Of a stretch of 64,000 bases of DNA, positions 53,563-61,966 are shown piece after piece. This stretch comes from an uncultured delta proteobacterium (GTDB lineage Bacteria; Desulfobacterota; RBG-13-43-22): contig CAWDKY010000029.1 in the NCBI GenBank assembly GCA_963802945.1, positions 96,001-160,000 on the forward strand, written 5' to 3'. Under the pieces are notes generated by a model. It saw only the letters and a list, made by a program, of their open reading frames with translations. It was not told the origin of the DNA and made no database searches. Numbering within the stretch: position 1 is the first letter of the stretch; each line of letters opens with the position of its first letter. The position numbers and the translations under genes are program-made.

Positions 53563-53610
53563 GGGTCTCATAATAGTTTTGGCATGAAACGTTTTGCTTC
53601 GCATTAGATT

Positions 53611-53829
53611 AAGGACCAGGGAGGTTTTATTTTTGGGGTTGTCCACTCTGAACCTGGAAGCTTCTTTACCGGGCCAATTATTTAACTAAATCAAAAGCAG
53701 GCCTTCACCTGGGCTCGAAACAGGCTACGGTGGAGGCCCTGCCTCGAATCAAACTTTGCTGGACTGGCCGGGATAGGGCGATAAATTACCCTTTGGACAA
53801 TCCCCAAAAATAAAACCTCCCCGGTCCTT
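53611..53829. mobile_element. ~219-bp MITE-like element with ~35-bp terminal inverted repeats
   Basis: aaggaccagggaggttttatttttggggttgtcca (53611-53645) vs tggacaatccccaaaaataaaacctccccggtcctt (53794-53829); 1 mismatch and 1 indel. Confidence 0.75.
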
Positions 53830-53845
53830 TTTAGACAATGTTATT

Positions 53846-54703
53846 TTGAGACCCTTATTAAATCAAAAAATGCGCCATCCTTTGGAAATTGAAGTCGGTG
53901 ACTATTTATTGGACCATCGATTTGAAGGCCGGTGTGTTTTGCCGGCGGCAGAGGCTTTAAATGTCCTGGCCATGGTTGTTCATGAATATTTTTCCAATTG
54001 GGATATGGTTTGTTTGACCGAAGCGCGGTTTCCCCGTTTTCTGATTATCCCCCCTGAAATACACCGTCTGCCGGTCATCGTCGAAATAGATCACACCCCC
54101 AAGGGGGGTATTTCAGCTGGGCTTATGACCTCGATGAGATCAAGGACTGGAGGCATCAGCCGTAACCTGGAGCATGCCCGGGTGGAATTTTTTCTGGCCA
54201 ATTCTTCCTCAATTTCTGTGCCGTTTTTAACCGATGTGGGAAATCCCGACGGACAGGGCTTCACGATACCGGTTGTTTCGATTTACCCCCAGCTGATCCC
54301 CTTCGGGACGGCTTATAGGAATATTATCGGCCCGGTGTCTCTTTCACCCCTAGGGGCTTCGGCTTCCCTGTTCGGCGGGGATCAGAGAAAGGAGGATGAT
54401 CTGCTCGGCTCCCCGTTTCCCTTTGATGCCGCTCTTCAGATGGCTTGTATCTGGGGGCAATGTTTTACCGAGCATGTTCCCTTCCCAGTGGGTTTTGAAA
54501 AAAGGGTCATCTACCAGAAAACCAAAAAAGGGGGTTTCTACCTCGGCAGGATTATACCGGTGGCGGTTGAGCAGAACCCGTTCTTATTTGACGCCCTGAT
54601 TATTGATTCCCAAGGGTCTATCTGCGAGGAAATCCTGGGAATTCAGATGCAGGATGTATCTCAAGGGCGCCTGCACCCGCCGTCATGGATCAAAGAGTTG
54701 TGA
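53846..54703 (+). CDS. stand-alone polyketide-synthase-type dehydratase (double hotdog)
   Basis: YLLDHRFEGRCVLP (HxxxGxxxxP), IY...PFG.AY, SPFPFDAALQ (DxxxQ). Confidence 0.75.
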   Translation: MRPLLNQKMRHPLEIEVGDYLLDHRFEGRCVLPAAEALNVLAMVVHEYFSNWDMVCLTEARFPRFLIIPPEIHRLPVIVEIDHTPKGGISAGLMTSMRSRTGGISRNLEHARVEFFLANSSSISVPFLTDVGNPDGQGFTIPVVSIYPQLIPFGTAYRNIIGPVSLSPLGASASLFGGDQRKEDDLLGSPFPFDAALQMACIWGQCFTEHVPFPVGFEKRVIYQKTKKGGFYLGRIIPVAVEQNPFLFDALIIDSQGSICEEILGIQMQDVSQGRLHPPSWIKEL

Positions 54704-55114
54704 CCGTAAAGCTAACCAAATATGTTTGAAATTGGATTCGTTAGACCAAGTTTCCAAGCCTATGGAAAGGACTCAATCTTCTGAAATGATATTGGATACT
54801 GGTTTCTTGATTCTGGATAAAGTCAATCAAGCAGCAAGGATCGGCTATTTGATCCAGTATCAGGTTTTTGGTTTAATTCAGCTTCCCCTTGACTCTCCTT
54901 CAAAAGTACCTTATAAATTTCCATCCAAAAGCAATAAAAGTGACGGACATCGGAGACTCATGGAGGAGATTTGCCCTTCAAGGCTCAAAGATCAGTAAGG
55001 CTGTTTACCCGATGGAGACGACTACGGACGTTTGTATGACATCCTTCTGGATTGTGGGCAGAAGGAATCCCATTTATATCAGGAGTTATCGGTAAAAATC
55101 CGTTGAAGGTATGT

Positions 55115-55867
55115 ATGTTTTCCGATGTAAAAATACTTTCTGCTGACCGATTGGTCAAGATCTATCCGAAACGATCCCAACCGGCCATAAACGGAATTAC
55201 ACTCTCCATCACGGAAGGGGAGGTTTTCGGTCTTCTTGGCCCGAATGGGGCCGGAAAGACTACGGCGATTTCAATCATGACCACACTGCTCAAACCTACG
55301 AGCGGGAGCCTTACGATCTGCGGATTGGATACCCTCAGATACCCTGCTCAGGTAAGAGGTCTTATCGGCTTTGTTCCCCAGGAGGTCGCCCTTTATCAGA
55401 ATCTCACCCTTCGTGAAAATCTCAGATTCTTTGGCCGTATCTATGGGTTGCGAGGGAAAGAACTGGCAACCCGTATCTCCGAATTTATTGAAATGGTAGG
55501 TCTTGAGGAAAGTGCCGATTCCCTTGTTTTCACCTTTTCCGGGGGAATGAAGCGTCGGGCCAACTTGGCGGCGGGTATCCTCCACAAGCCGAAGGTTCTC
55601 TTTCTTGACGAGCCGACCGTGGGAGTTGATCCCCAATCCAGAAATTTAATCCTGGAGAGACTTGCCGGATTAAAAGAAAAAATCACCATGGTCTATACCA
55701 CCCACTATATGGAAGAGGCCGAATCACTCTGTTCTTACGTGGCTATCATGGATGCAGGGCAAGTCATCATCGAAGGAACTCCTGAGGAGCTTCTTCGACG
55801 GTTCCCCGAGTGTATCGATTTGGAAGCCCTTTTTATTAAACTGACCGGGAAACAACTTCGAGATTGA
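55115..55867 (+). CDS. ABC-2 exporter ATP-binding subunit
   Basis: GPNGAGKT, FSGGMKRR, LDEPT, TTHYMEE. Confidence 0.93.
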   Translation: MFSDVKILSADRLVKIYPKRSQPAINGITLSITEGEVFGLLGPNGAGKTTAISIMTTLLKPTSGSLTICGLDTLRYPAQVRGLIGFVPQEVALYQNLTLRENLRFFGRIYGLRGKELATRISEFIEMVGLEESADSLVFTFSGGMKRRANLAAGILHKPKVLFLDEPTVGVDPQSRNLILERLAGLKEKITMVYTTHYMEEAESLCSYVAIMDAGQVIIEGTPEELLRRFPECIDLEALFIKLTGKQLRD

Positions 55868-55876
55868 CAGGTTGCT

Positions 55877-57235
55877 ATGGTTAAATTCTGGTCTTTTGTT
55901 CAAAAAGAACTGATCCTCTTCTACCGTGATTTTTCCGGCCTGTTGGTGTTGTTTGTCATGCCTTTGGCCCTGGTTATTGTGGTCACTTTGGTTCAGGAGA
56001 ATGTTCTTAAATACATGGGAGAGACTAAGAACCGGGTGCTTTTTGTTGACCAGGATGGAAAAATGATAGGGAAATGGGTAGAAGAATCCTTAAGAAAGTC
56101 CGGTTCGATAGAAATGGTCAAGGACCTCAAAGGAAAACCGGTCGATATAGAAACGGCCAAAAAGGCAGTGCTTAGAGGAGATTTCCAGACCTGTGTCCAA
56201 ATCCCCCCCGGGCTGACCGAAGCTTTCAAAAAAAAAGTTCGACAATCGGTAAAAAACTCTCTTGCTCCTGATGCTAAAAAAAGGAAAACCCTGACTGCAG
56301 GAGATAAAGGTCTTCTGTTTGTTCCGGTCTATTTTGATCCAACCCTTCGGGAAAACTACCGGACCGGGATGATCAACGGTCTGGAAAAAATGATCCTGGG
56401 ATTGGAAATCAAAGAAAAGATGGGGGTCTTCTCGGAACTCTTGCCGGAAAAAATGGAAGAAATGGCTAAAAAAGTGGCCGGGCCTATGTGGTCGGATGAA
56501 TTTAAAAAAGGGATACCCAAAATTCAATTAGACTGGGACGAAAAGCCCCTTATGGCGATTAAAGAGAAGACGACTCAATCTCAAGACGTCATCGTGGTTT
56601 TTAGTACCATACAGCAGAACGTTCCAGCCTGGACCCTCTTCGGTATGTTTTTTATCGTGGTTCCTCTGGGCGGTTCCCTTATTCGGGAAAGACAAGAGTT
56701 GATGCTGGCCCGACTTCTGACCATGCCGACTTCTTATCTCACCATCATTTCCGGAAAGATCCTGGCCTATGTTATGATATGTTTGGTCCAGGTTGTCCTC
56801 ATTTTTTCTGTCGGGAAGTTTTTGTTGCCGCTTCTTGGGACACCCGGTCTGGAATTGGGGGCATCACCAATGGCGTTATTACTCGTTGTTTTAAGTTCGG
56901 CCCTGGCCGCCTCCGGGTATGGCATACTCCTGGGTACCATTGCCAGGACTTATGAGCAGGCTTCCATGTTCGGCGCCGTCTCGGTGGTGATCGCCGCAGC
57001 TCTTGGCGGAGTGATGGTTCCGGCCTATTTTATGCCGAAAGTGATGCAGGAAATCAGTAGTTTTTCCCCTCTCGCCTGGGGCCTGAATGCATTTTTAAAC
57101 GTGTTGGTTCGCGGCGGGAATATACGATCGATCATTCCCGATGCAGCCTTATTGATGAGTTTCTTTGTAATAACCGTCAGCGTGGCCTGGTTTTATATGT
57201 TTAAACGAGGGCGGGTCGGAATTCAGCAACAGTAA
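55877..57235 (+). CDS. ABC-2 exporter permease
   Basis: KEL...RD, large periplasmic loop, QQNVPAWTLFGMFF, ALGGVMVP, SPL.WG. Confidence 0.88.
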   Translation: MVKFWSFVQKELILFYRDFSGLLVLFVMPLALVIVVTLVQENVLKYMGETKNRVLFVDQDGKMIGKWVEESLRKSGSIEMVKDLKGKPVDIETAKKAVLRGDFQTCVQIPPGLTEAFKKKVRQSVKNSLAPDAKKRKTLTAGDKGLLFVPVYFDPTLRENYRTGMINGLEKMILGLEIKEKMGVFSELLPEKMEEMAKKVAGPMWSDEFKKGIPKIQLDWDEKPLMAIKEKTTQSQDVIVVFSTIQQNVPAWTLFGMFFIVVPLGGSLIRERQELMLARLLTMPTSYLTIISGKILAYVMICLVQVVLIFSVGKFLLPLLGTPGLELGASPMALLLVVLSSALAASGYGILLGTIARTYEQASMFGAVSVVIAAALGGVMVPAYFMPKVMQEISSFSPLAWGLNAFLNVLVRGGNIRSIIPDAALLMSFFVITVSVAWFYMFKRGRVGIQQQ

Positions 57236-57289
57236 GGTAAATGGGGGGAAATTGCCCTTGATAAAGGGAGCCAACCGTTGAGAGCGACC

Positions 57290-57940
57290 ATGAGTGTTGA
57301 AGCGATTATTTTTGACCTGGACGGGACCTTGCTGGATACTATTGATGACCTGACGGATTCTATGAACCAAGTGTTGAGCCGTTTTGGCTTTTCAGGGCAT
57401 GACCGGGAGGCTTATAAATATTTTGTCGGCGATGGGATTGGCGCCTTGGTTAGAAGGGCTTTGCCGCCGGAAAACCGTGATGAAGAAATGGTCGCGCGGT
57501 GTGTTGAGGCCATGAGAGAAGAATACAGCTTACGTTGGGACAAAAAGACCCACCCTTATTCGGGGATCCCCGAACTTTTGGATGCCCTTTTCCAAAGGGG
57601 ATTATCTATGGCCATCCTGTCCAACAAACCCCATGATTCTTGCCAAATGGTCGTGGCCAAATTACTGCCCAAGTGGCCGTTTCAAATAGTTTTGGGCGCC
57701 CGCCCCTCTGTTCCCAAAAAGCCGGACCCTGCAGCGGCCCTGGAAATCGCTGAAAGGATGCACCTGACCCCCGGACAATTTTTATATCTTGGAGATACCG
57801 GCACCGATATGAAAACAGCAGTTAATGCCGGGATGTTTCCTGTCGGGGCTTTATGGGGCTTTCGTACGGCCCAGGAACTCATGGCCGATGGGGCCAGGGC
57901 CTTGGTTGAACAACCTTTGGATTTTCTCCAATACCTGTAA
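57290..57940 (+). CDS. HAD-family phosphatase (Gph-like)
   Basis: FDLDGTL.D, LSNKP, KPDP, GDTGTD, WGFR. Confidence 0.9.
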   Translation: MSVEAIIFDLDGTLLDTIDDLTDSMNQVLSRFGFSGHDREAYKYFVGDGIGALVRRALPPENRDEEMVARCVEAMREEYSLRWDKKTHPYSGIPELLDALFQRGLSMAILSNKPHDSCQMVVAKLLPKWPFQIVLGARPSVPKKPDPAAALEIAERMHLTPGQFLYLGDTGTDMKTAVNAGMFPVGALWGFRTAQELMADGARALVEQPLDFLQYL

Positions 57941-58038
57941 GGTTCAGGGGTACTGCGAAGCGAGAGCTAAAAGACATTAACGCTTTTGGCTAGAGCGGGA
58001 TTCGGCAAGATTTTTTTGGTGAATTTTAAACTTGTAAT

Positions 58039-58068
58039 TCCCCGTAGCTTGCTACGGGGAGGTTCATT
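58039..58068. mobile_element. solitary IS200/IS605-type end hairpin (REP-like)
   Basis: tccccgtagc-tt-gctacgggga followed by ggttcatt; no transposase nearby. Confidence 0.5.
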
Positions 58069-58224
58069 TTGAACCAGGCCCACAAACAAGACCGAAATGG
58101 GCTTGGGTGCCTGACCTGCACCTAATCCCATCAGCCGTCCGGGCCGGAATAAGGTGATGAGTTACTCTTTGGGCAATCCTATAAAAGAGGGACACCGGTC
58201 CTTGGCCTTCCTTCATCAAAGGCG

Positions 58225-58722
58225 TTAGTCAATCAGGACGAATCCATAGCGATTTTGAAGATCGTTTTTCCCTTGAAGGACTTGACAGGGCAGCCCTAAG
58301 TTCCGCACGGTCTTGTAAACATCAATCCCAAAACTTTGATCGCAGGGTCTGACCTTTTGCGGGGTTGGGCAGGGCTTCCCCTGGGAGACTTTACACGTTT
58401 TACATAAATTACAGAATCGAACAGCAAAAGCGAAATAATAACCGTCCAGAAAGGCAGTTCGTTCAATCTCTAAGACAGCCCGGCTTATTTTGTGGGCGTC
58501 ATGGGAATGGACCAGAAGGATGCGGTTATACGCTTTTATCATTCCTACCCGTTCCTCAAAGGTTGTTCCCCGAATATCACACCGGATACCCTGCTTATCA
58601 TAATCCTCACAACCCCAACGGCATTTCAATATGGCCCGGTTATCGAAAAAGACATCTTGAGGTGATATGATCAGGGCATTGATCATGCCAAGTTTCTTGG
58701 CTAATTTCTTGTAGTTTTCCAT
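58225..58722 (-). CDS. DUF2284-like Cys-rich metal-binding protein
   Basis: KCRWGC, LEIERTAFLDGY, CNLCKTC....CP.P...RP...FGIDV..TV. Confidence 0.75.
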   Translation of the reverse strand: MENYKKLAKKLGMINALIISPQDVFFDNRAILKCRWGCEDYDKQGIRCDIRGTTFEERVGMIKAYNRILLVHSHDAHKISRAVLEIERTAFLDGYYFAFAVRFCNLCKTCKVSQGKPCPTPQKVRPCDQSFGIDVYKTVRNLGLPCQVLQGKNDLQNRYGFVLID

Positions 58723-58840
58723 GTTGGCCTCCTGACCCGAAAAGAATTTGTCTAAGAGGAACAGATGTGTTACTAAATGACTTTAACTCGATGGAATAAT
58801 TATAGGACGATACTTTGGCTGAAATCAACCTAAAGAATTT

Positions 58841-59974
58841 TTATTTATCGACACGGGCAATAAACCAGATTTCTTCTCTATGGGGGATGGTGCGCTCCAC
58901 AAGTTCCTCTTTGAAGCCGGCATCTTTGAGGATTCGGATACATTGTTCCCTTTCCCTGAAATGATATTTCACTTCTTTGAATCGAAGTTTAGTCTCTTCC
59001 ACAAAACGGAGCAGGCTGAATCCTTCCCTGGGAACAGTTGCTCGGATGATCAACCTTCCTTCCGGCCTTAGTACCGGTCTGCTTCTGTCCAGGAATTTCA
59101 ACAGTTCCTGGTCGGAAAGATAATGGAGGATATCCAGAAGGAGGATGGCATCCGCTTTTTTATTCTCTAAAGGCAGGTCCTGAGCAGTGCAGGTCAAGAC
59201 CTCCCCTTGTTTACCAAGGATCCTGGTTGCAACTCTCGTTCGTTCTCGATTAGGATCACAGGACAGAAATTTCAGGTCAGGATAAGCGGCCAAAAGCCAG
59301 GCTGCCGGTGCCCCATAGCCGCAGCCCACATCGATTATTTTCCAGCCCGGCCTGACAAAATCGGCCAGACGAGGGAACATGGGGTCGGTGAGGATCTTGA
59401 ACCGGGCGAAAAGACGGGGATAGGGTTCAAGATGCCGAAAGCGGCGGAGAGCCATCCGGAGGTGTTGCTTTGATCCTATTTGCACCGGAGTGAAAGCAAT
59501 CGGCGAATCCGAGAAGAGGTGATGTAGCACAAGCGGCATGATTCCACAAGTGGCTACCGTAACAAAAAAGAACCCTAAGAAGGTGAACCCTTTGTTGTCC
59601 CGAAACAGGGGTTGCCCGAAAAGTATCAAAAATCCGAAGCCGATCAGGACGGAGATACATCCGACGAGAACCATAACCCGAATTGGTTTGAAACCTAAGG
59701 GGGGTGAGGGCCGCCAGCGTTGAAAGGATCGAATCACAAAAAAACCTTGAATAAGTCCCAGGCCCACCATTACGGATGCAGGAAGGAGAAAGGATATGGA
59801 CAGAGGAAATCCCAAAGTACTCATGGTCACTAAGGCGGCCAGAATAGAAAGACTGATTAATGCGATCAGGAGAAGAAAACTTTGCCAATCCAGAAAGATA
59901 AAAAAGAAAAAGACTAACATCCCGCCGACGATGAAAAGAATTCTTGGGAGGATAGTATTGATAGCGAGGTTCAC
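58841..59974 (-). CDS. membrane-anchored class I SAM methyltransferase
   Basis: Hydrophobic N-terminal ~150 aa; RHLEPYPRLFARFK..DPMF, IDVGCGYG, LDILHYL, LRPEGRLII. Confidence 0.8.
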   Translation of the reverse strand: MNLAINTILPRILFIVGGMLVFFFFIFLDWQSFLLLIALISLSILAALVTMSTLGFPLSISFLLPASVMVGLGLIQGFFVIRSFQRWRPSPPLGFKPIRVMVLVGCISVLIGFGFLILFGQPLFRDNKGFTFLGFFFVTVATCGIMPLVLHHLFSDSPIAFTPVQIGSKQHLRMALRRFRHLEPYPRLFARFKILTDPMFPRLADFVRPGWKIIDVGCGYGAPAAWLLAAYPDLKFLSCDPNRERTRVATRILGKQGEVLTCTAQDLPLENKKADAILLLDILHYLSDQELLKFLDRSRPVLRPEGRLIIRATVPREGFSLLRFVEETKLRFKEVKYHFREREQCIRILKDAGFKEELVERTIPHREEIWFIARVDK

Positions 59975-60268
59975 TTTAAGTATATCCGATTAAAAAATTT
60001 ACGCCTCAATCCTGACTTGAATTTCCAGAGCCGTTTTTATAAAGACGAATACCAAATCCTCTTCTCTTACCTCTCTAATACTACTTATTTGTTTATATTG
60101 TAAATCTCTTTTTTGCCCTTGGACCTTAAACGCTATGAGAGGGGACACCTAATTAATCCCTAAAAAGTTCTCTGGCGACGAAAGGTTTGGCTTGAGAGAA
60201 AGGCCATATAGGTATTAATCGTCTTATTGTAGAACAGACACGATGCTTTTCCTGAAAATGAATAATCT

Positions 60269-60295
60269 CTGGACTCCGGTTTTCACCGGAGTGAC
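60269..60295. repeat. REP/dRS3-like palindrome
   Basis: ctggactccggt-tttc-accggagtgac. Confidence 0.6.
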
Positions 60296-60328
60296 AGATA
60301 GGGGTTAAAAGTCCATAATAGTTCAACC

Positions 60329-60442
60329 AAAAAAGCATTTATGGTCTGCAACGAAGGCACTCCACGGCTGCATGAGGATAGCCATGTTTTGACCTGGCGT
60401 GATTTTCTGAAAATGTTGTTGAAAGGAGAAGTGATATCATGA
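60329..60442 (+). pseudogene. C-terminal fragment resembling AAA/DUF4143 ATPases
   Basis: KKAFMVCNEGTPRLHEDSHVLTWRDFLKMLLKGEVIS* with no upstream gene body. Confidence 0.35.
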
Positions 60443-60556
60443 AGGGAAAGCGGATAGGCCGTCAGGCGATTGTTCTCAACCCGTGGTGGTAATCGGAGAA
60501 GGCGAAAGGTGTGGCTCGTCGCCGCTTTTTAAACAGCTTCATAGACGTGCGAAATT

Positions 60557-61327
60557 TTACACTGGTGACCGATAGGCCAGGTAATCGTAGGGATTATCGA
60601 AGCCGATTCTCGCATAGACAGGTTTGCCCATGGCCGAAGCCTGCAGACTTGCGTACGCGCAGCCTTTCTCCTTACCGGCCAAGACAGCCCTCAGGGTTAT
60701 AGCTGCGCCGAAGCCTCGATGGCGGTATTCCGGTAAAGTCGATACCCAGTATATGCCCGCTACAGGACCTGTCCGGATAAGCATCGACGTACAAGCAGGT
60801 TTGCTTTCCGTGTAGCCTATGAACATTTCAATATCAGGAAGTCTAAAGGTCTGTTCGGTCGTTACATAGGGTCCCGTGCCGGCGGGCAGGGAGAATCCTT
60901 TTTCCCCCGCTTCCTGAAAATCGCCCAGTTCTTCTAGCGTAGAGACCTTTCGTATGTCCAAGTCTGTCCTTTCATCAACCTTGGTAGGCAGATTTTCTAA
61001 GGTCATGACCGGTAGGGGATCCGACTTTTCATAACCTCTCTCCTGCAAGAGCGGCAAGAACTCGCCCTCCACTCCTGGCGAAAAAAGGACACGAAAGGGC
61101 AGCTGTCGGGGAGTAAAGAACTCCTCCCACTTTTCCACTACCCTCTGGGGTTTTGAAGTCGTTCTCTTGACGAAGACCACGTTCCATCGCTCATCGGGAA
61201 TGCCGCTACTGTAAATACCTATCCGGTAAGAATCGAAGAACTCTCCAAACACGGAGTTAGACATCATTAGACCCATGGTCAACAAAAAATTATGATCCAT
61301 TGAAATGATTTTTTCCTGGCTAATCAT
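60557..61327 (-). CDS. GNAT family N-acetyltransferase
   Basis: AGIYWVSTLPEYRHRGFG, LQASAMGKPVY.RIGF; AGGAGG RBS. Confidence 0.88.
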   Translation of the reverse strand: MISQEKIISMDHNFLLTMGLMMSNSVFGEFFDSYRIGIYSSGIPDERWNVVFVKRTTSKPQRVVEKWEEFFTPRQLPFRVLFSPGVEGEFLPLLQERGYEKSDPLPVMTLENLPTKVDERTDLDIRKVSTLEELGDFQEAGEKGFSLPAGTGPYVTTEQTFRLPDIEMFIGYTESKPACTSMLIRTGPVAGIYWVSTLPEYRHRGFGAAITLRAVLAGKEKGCAYASLQASAMGKPVYARIGFDNPYDYLAYRSPV

Positions 61328-61401
61328 CCAATAATCTTCCTCCTTCAGTCTGCGGTCGGGGTAGGTCCGTCTTTAGATAAGAAATTTCTTTTCGAGGTGA
61401 A

Positions 61402-61430
61402 GTTATAGAAAAGGAAGCCTTGTATGTCAA
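61402..61430 (-). promoter_or_regulatory. sigma70 promoter for the GNAT gene
   Basis: TTGACA-N17-TATAAC on the minus strand just past the tRNA 3' end. Confidence 0.55.
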
Positions 61431-61437
61431 TACAACT

Positions 61438-61513
61438 TGGTGGGCCGTGCAGGGCTCGAACCTGCGACCTACTGATTAAGAGTCAGTTGCTCTACCTGTT
61501 GAGCTAACGGCCC
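61438..61513 (-). tRNA. tRNA-Lys (anticodon CTT)
   Basis: gggccgttagctcaacaggtagagcaactgactCTTaatcagtaggtcgcaggttcgagccctgcacggcccacca. Confidence 0.95.
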
Positions 61514-61592
61514 AATTGGAATTTTTCTAACATAATTTATTTGAGATGACAATAGGAAAAACCTTTGAGGTATAAAAAGTTCCCGGAACAAA

Positions 61593-61859
61593 TTATGAAC
61601 CTGTTTTGGTTCCTTTGATTTGCATCAGACAGTCAAAAATCCGTTCCAGTCGAGTTTTAGGCAATCCTCCGAAGGCGGCTTCCAGATCAGGCCTGGAAAA
61701 GTTCTCGGCTAAAAAGGAATCCACGGGAATTCGTTTCTCCCAGCAGCCGATTAAATTTCGACAGGGCAAAGGGGACTGCGCTCGGCGGCAGTATTGGAAA
61801 TTCATCATCATCCCCAGTTGGGGGCAATAAATTTCCAAATGGTCGTAAGTTTCAATCAT
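61593..61859 (-). CDS. small Cys-containing hypothetical protein
   Basis: 88 aa, YCPQLG...F.YCR.....PC....CW pattern; lies between trpB2 and tRNA-Lys. Confidence 0.65.
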   Translation of the reverse strand: MIETYDHLEIYCPQLGMMMNFQYCRRAQSPLPCRNLIGCWEKRIPVDSFLAENFSRPDLEAAFGGLPKTRLERIFDCLMQIKGTKTGS

Positions 61860-61866
61860 AAAGAAT

Positions 61867-61960
61867 GGTTCAAGTTTTAAGGTTTCGAGGTATAAGGTTC
61901 AAGGAATAGGGTTGAGACGTGTTGTTTTTCCTTGAACCTTACACCCTGAACCTTATGCCT
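61867..61960. repeat. heptamer inverted repeat array (AAGGTTC/GAACCTT)
   Basis: ggttcaagttttaaggtttcgaggtataaggttcaagg ... ccttgaaccttacaccctgaaccttatgcct. Confidence 0.65.
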
Positions 61961-61966
61961 GCCTTT

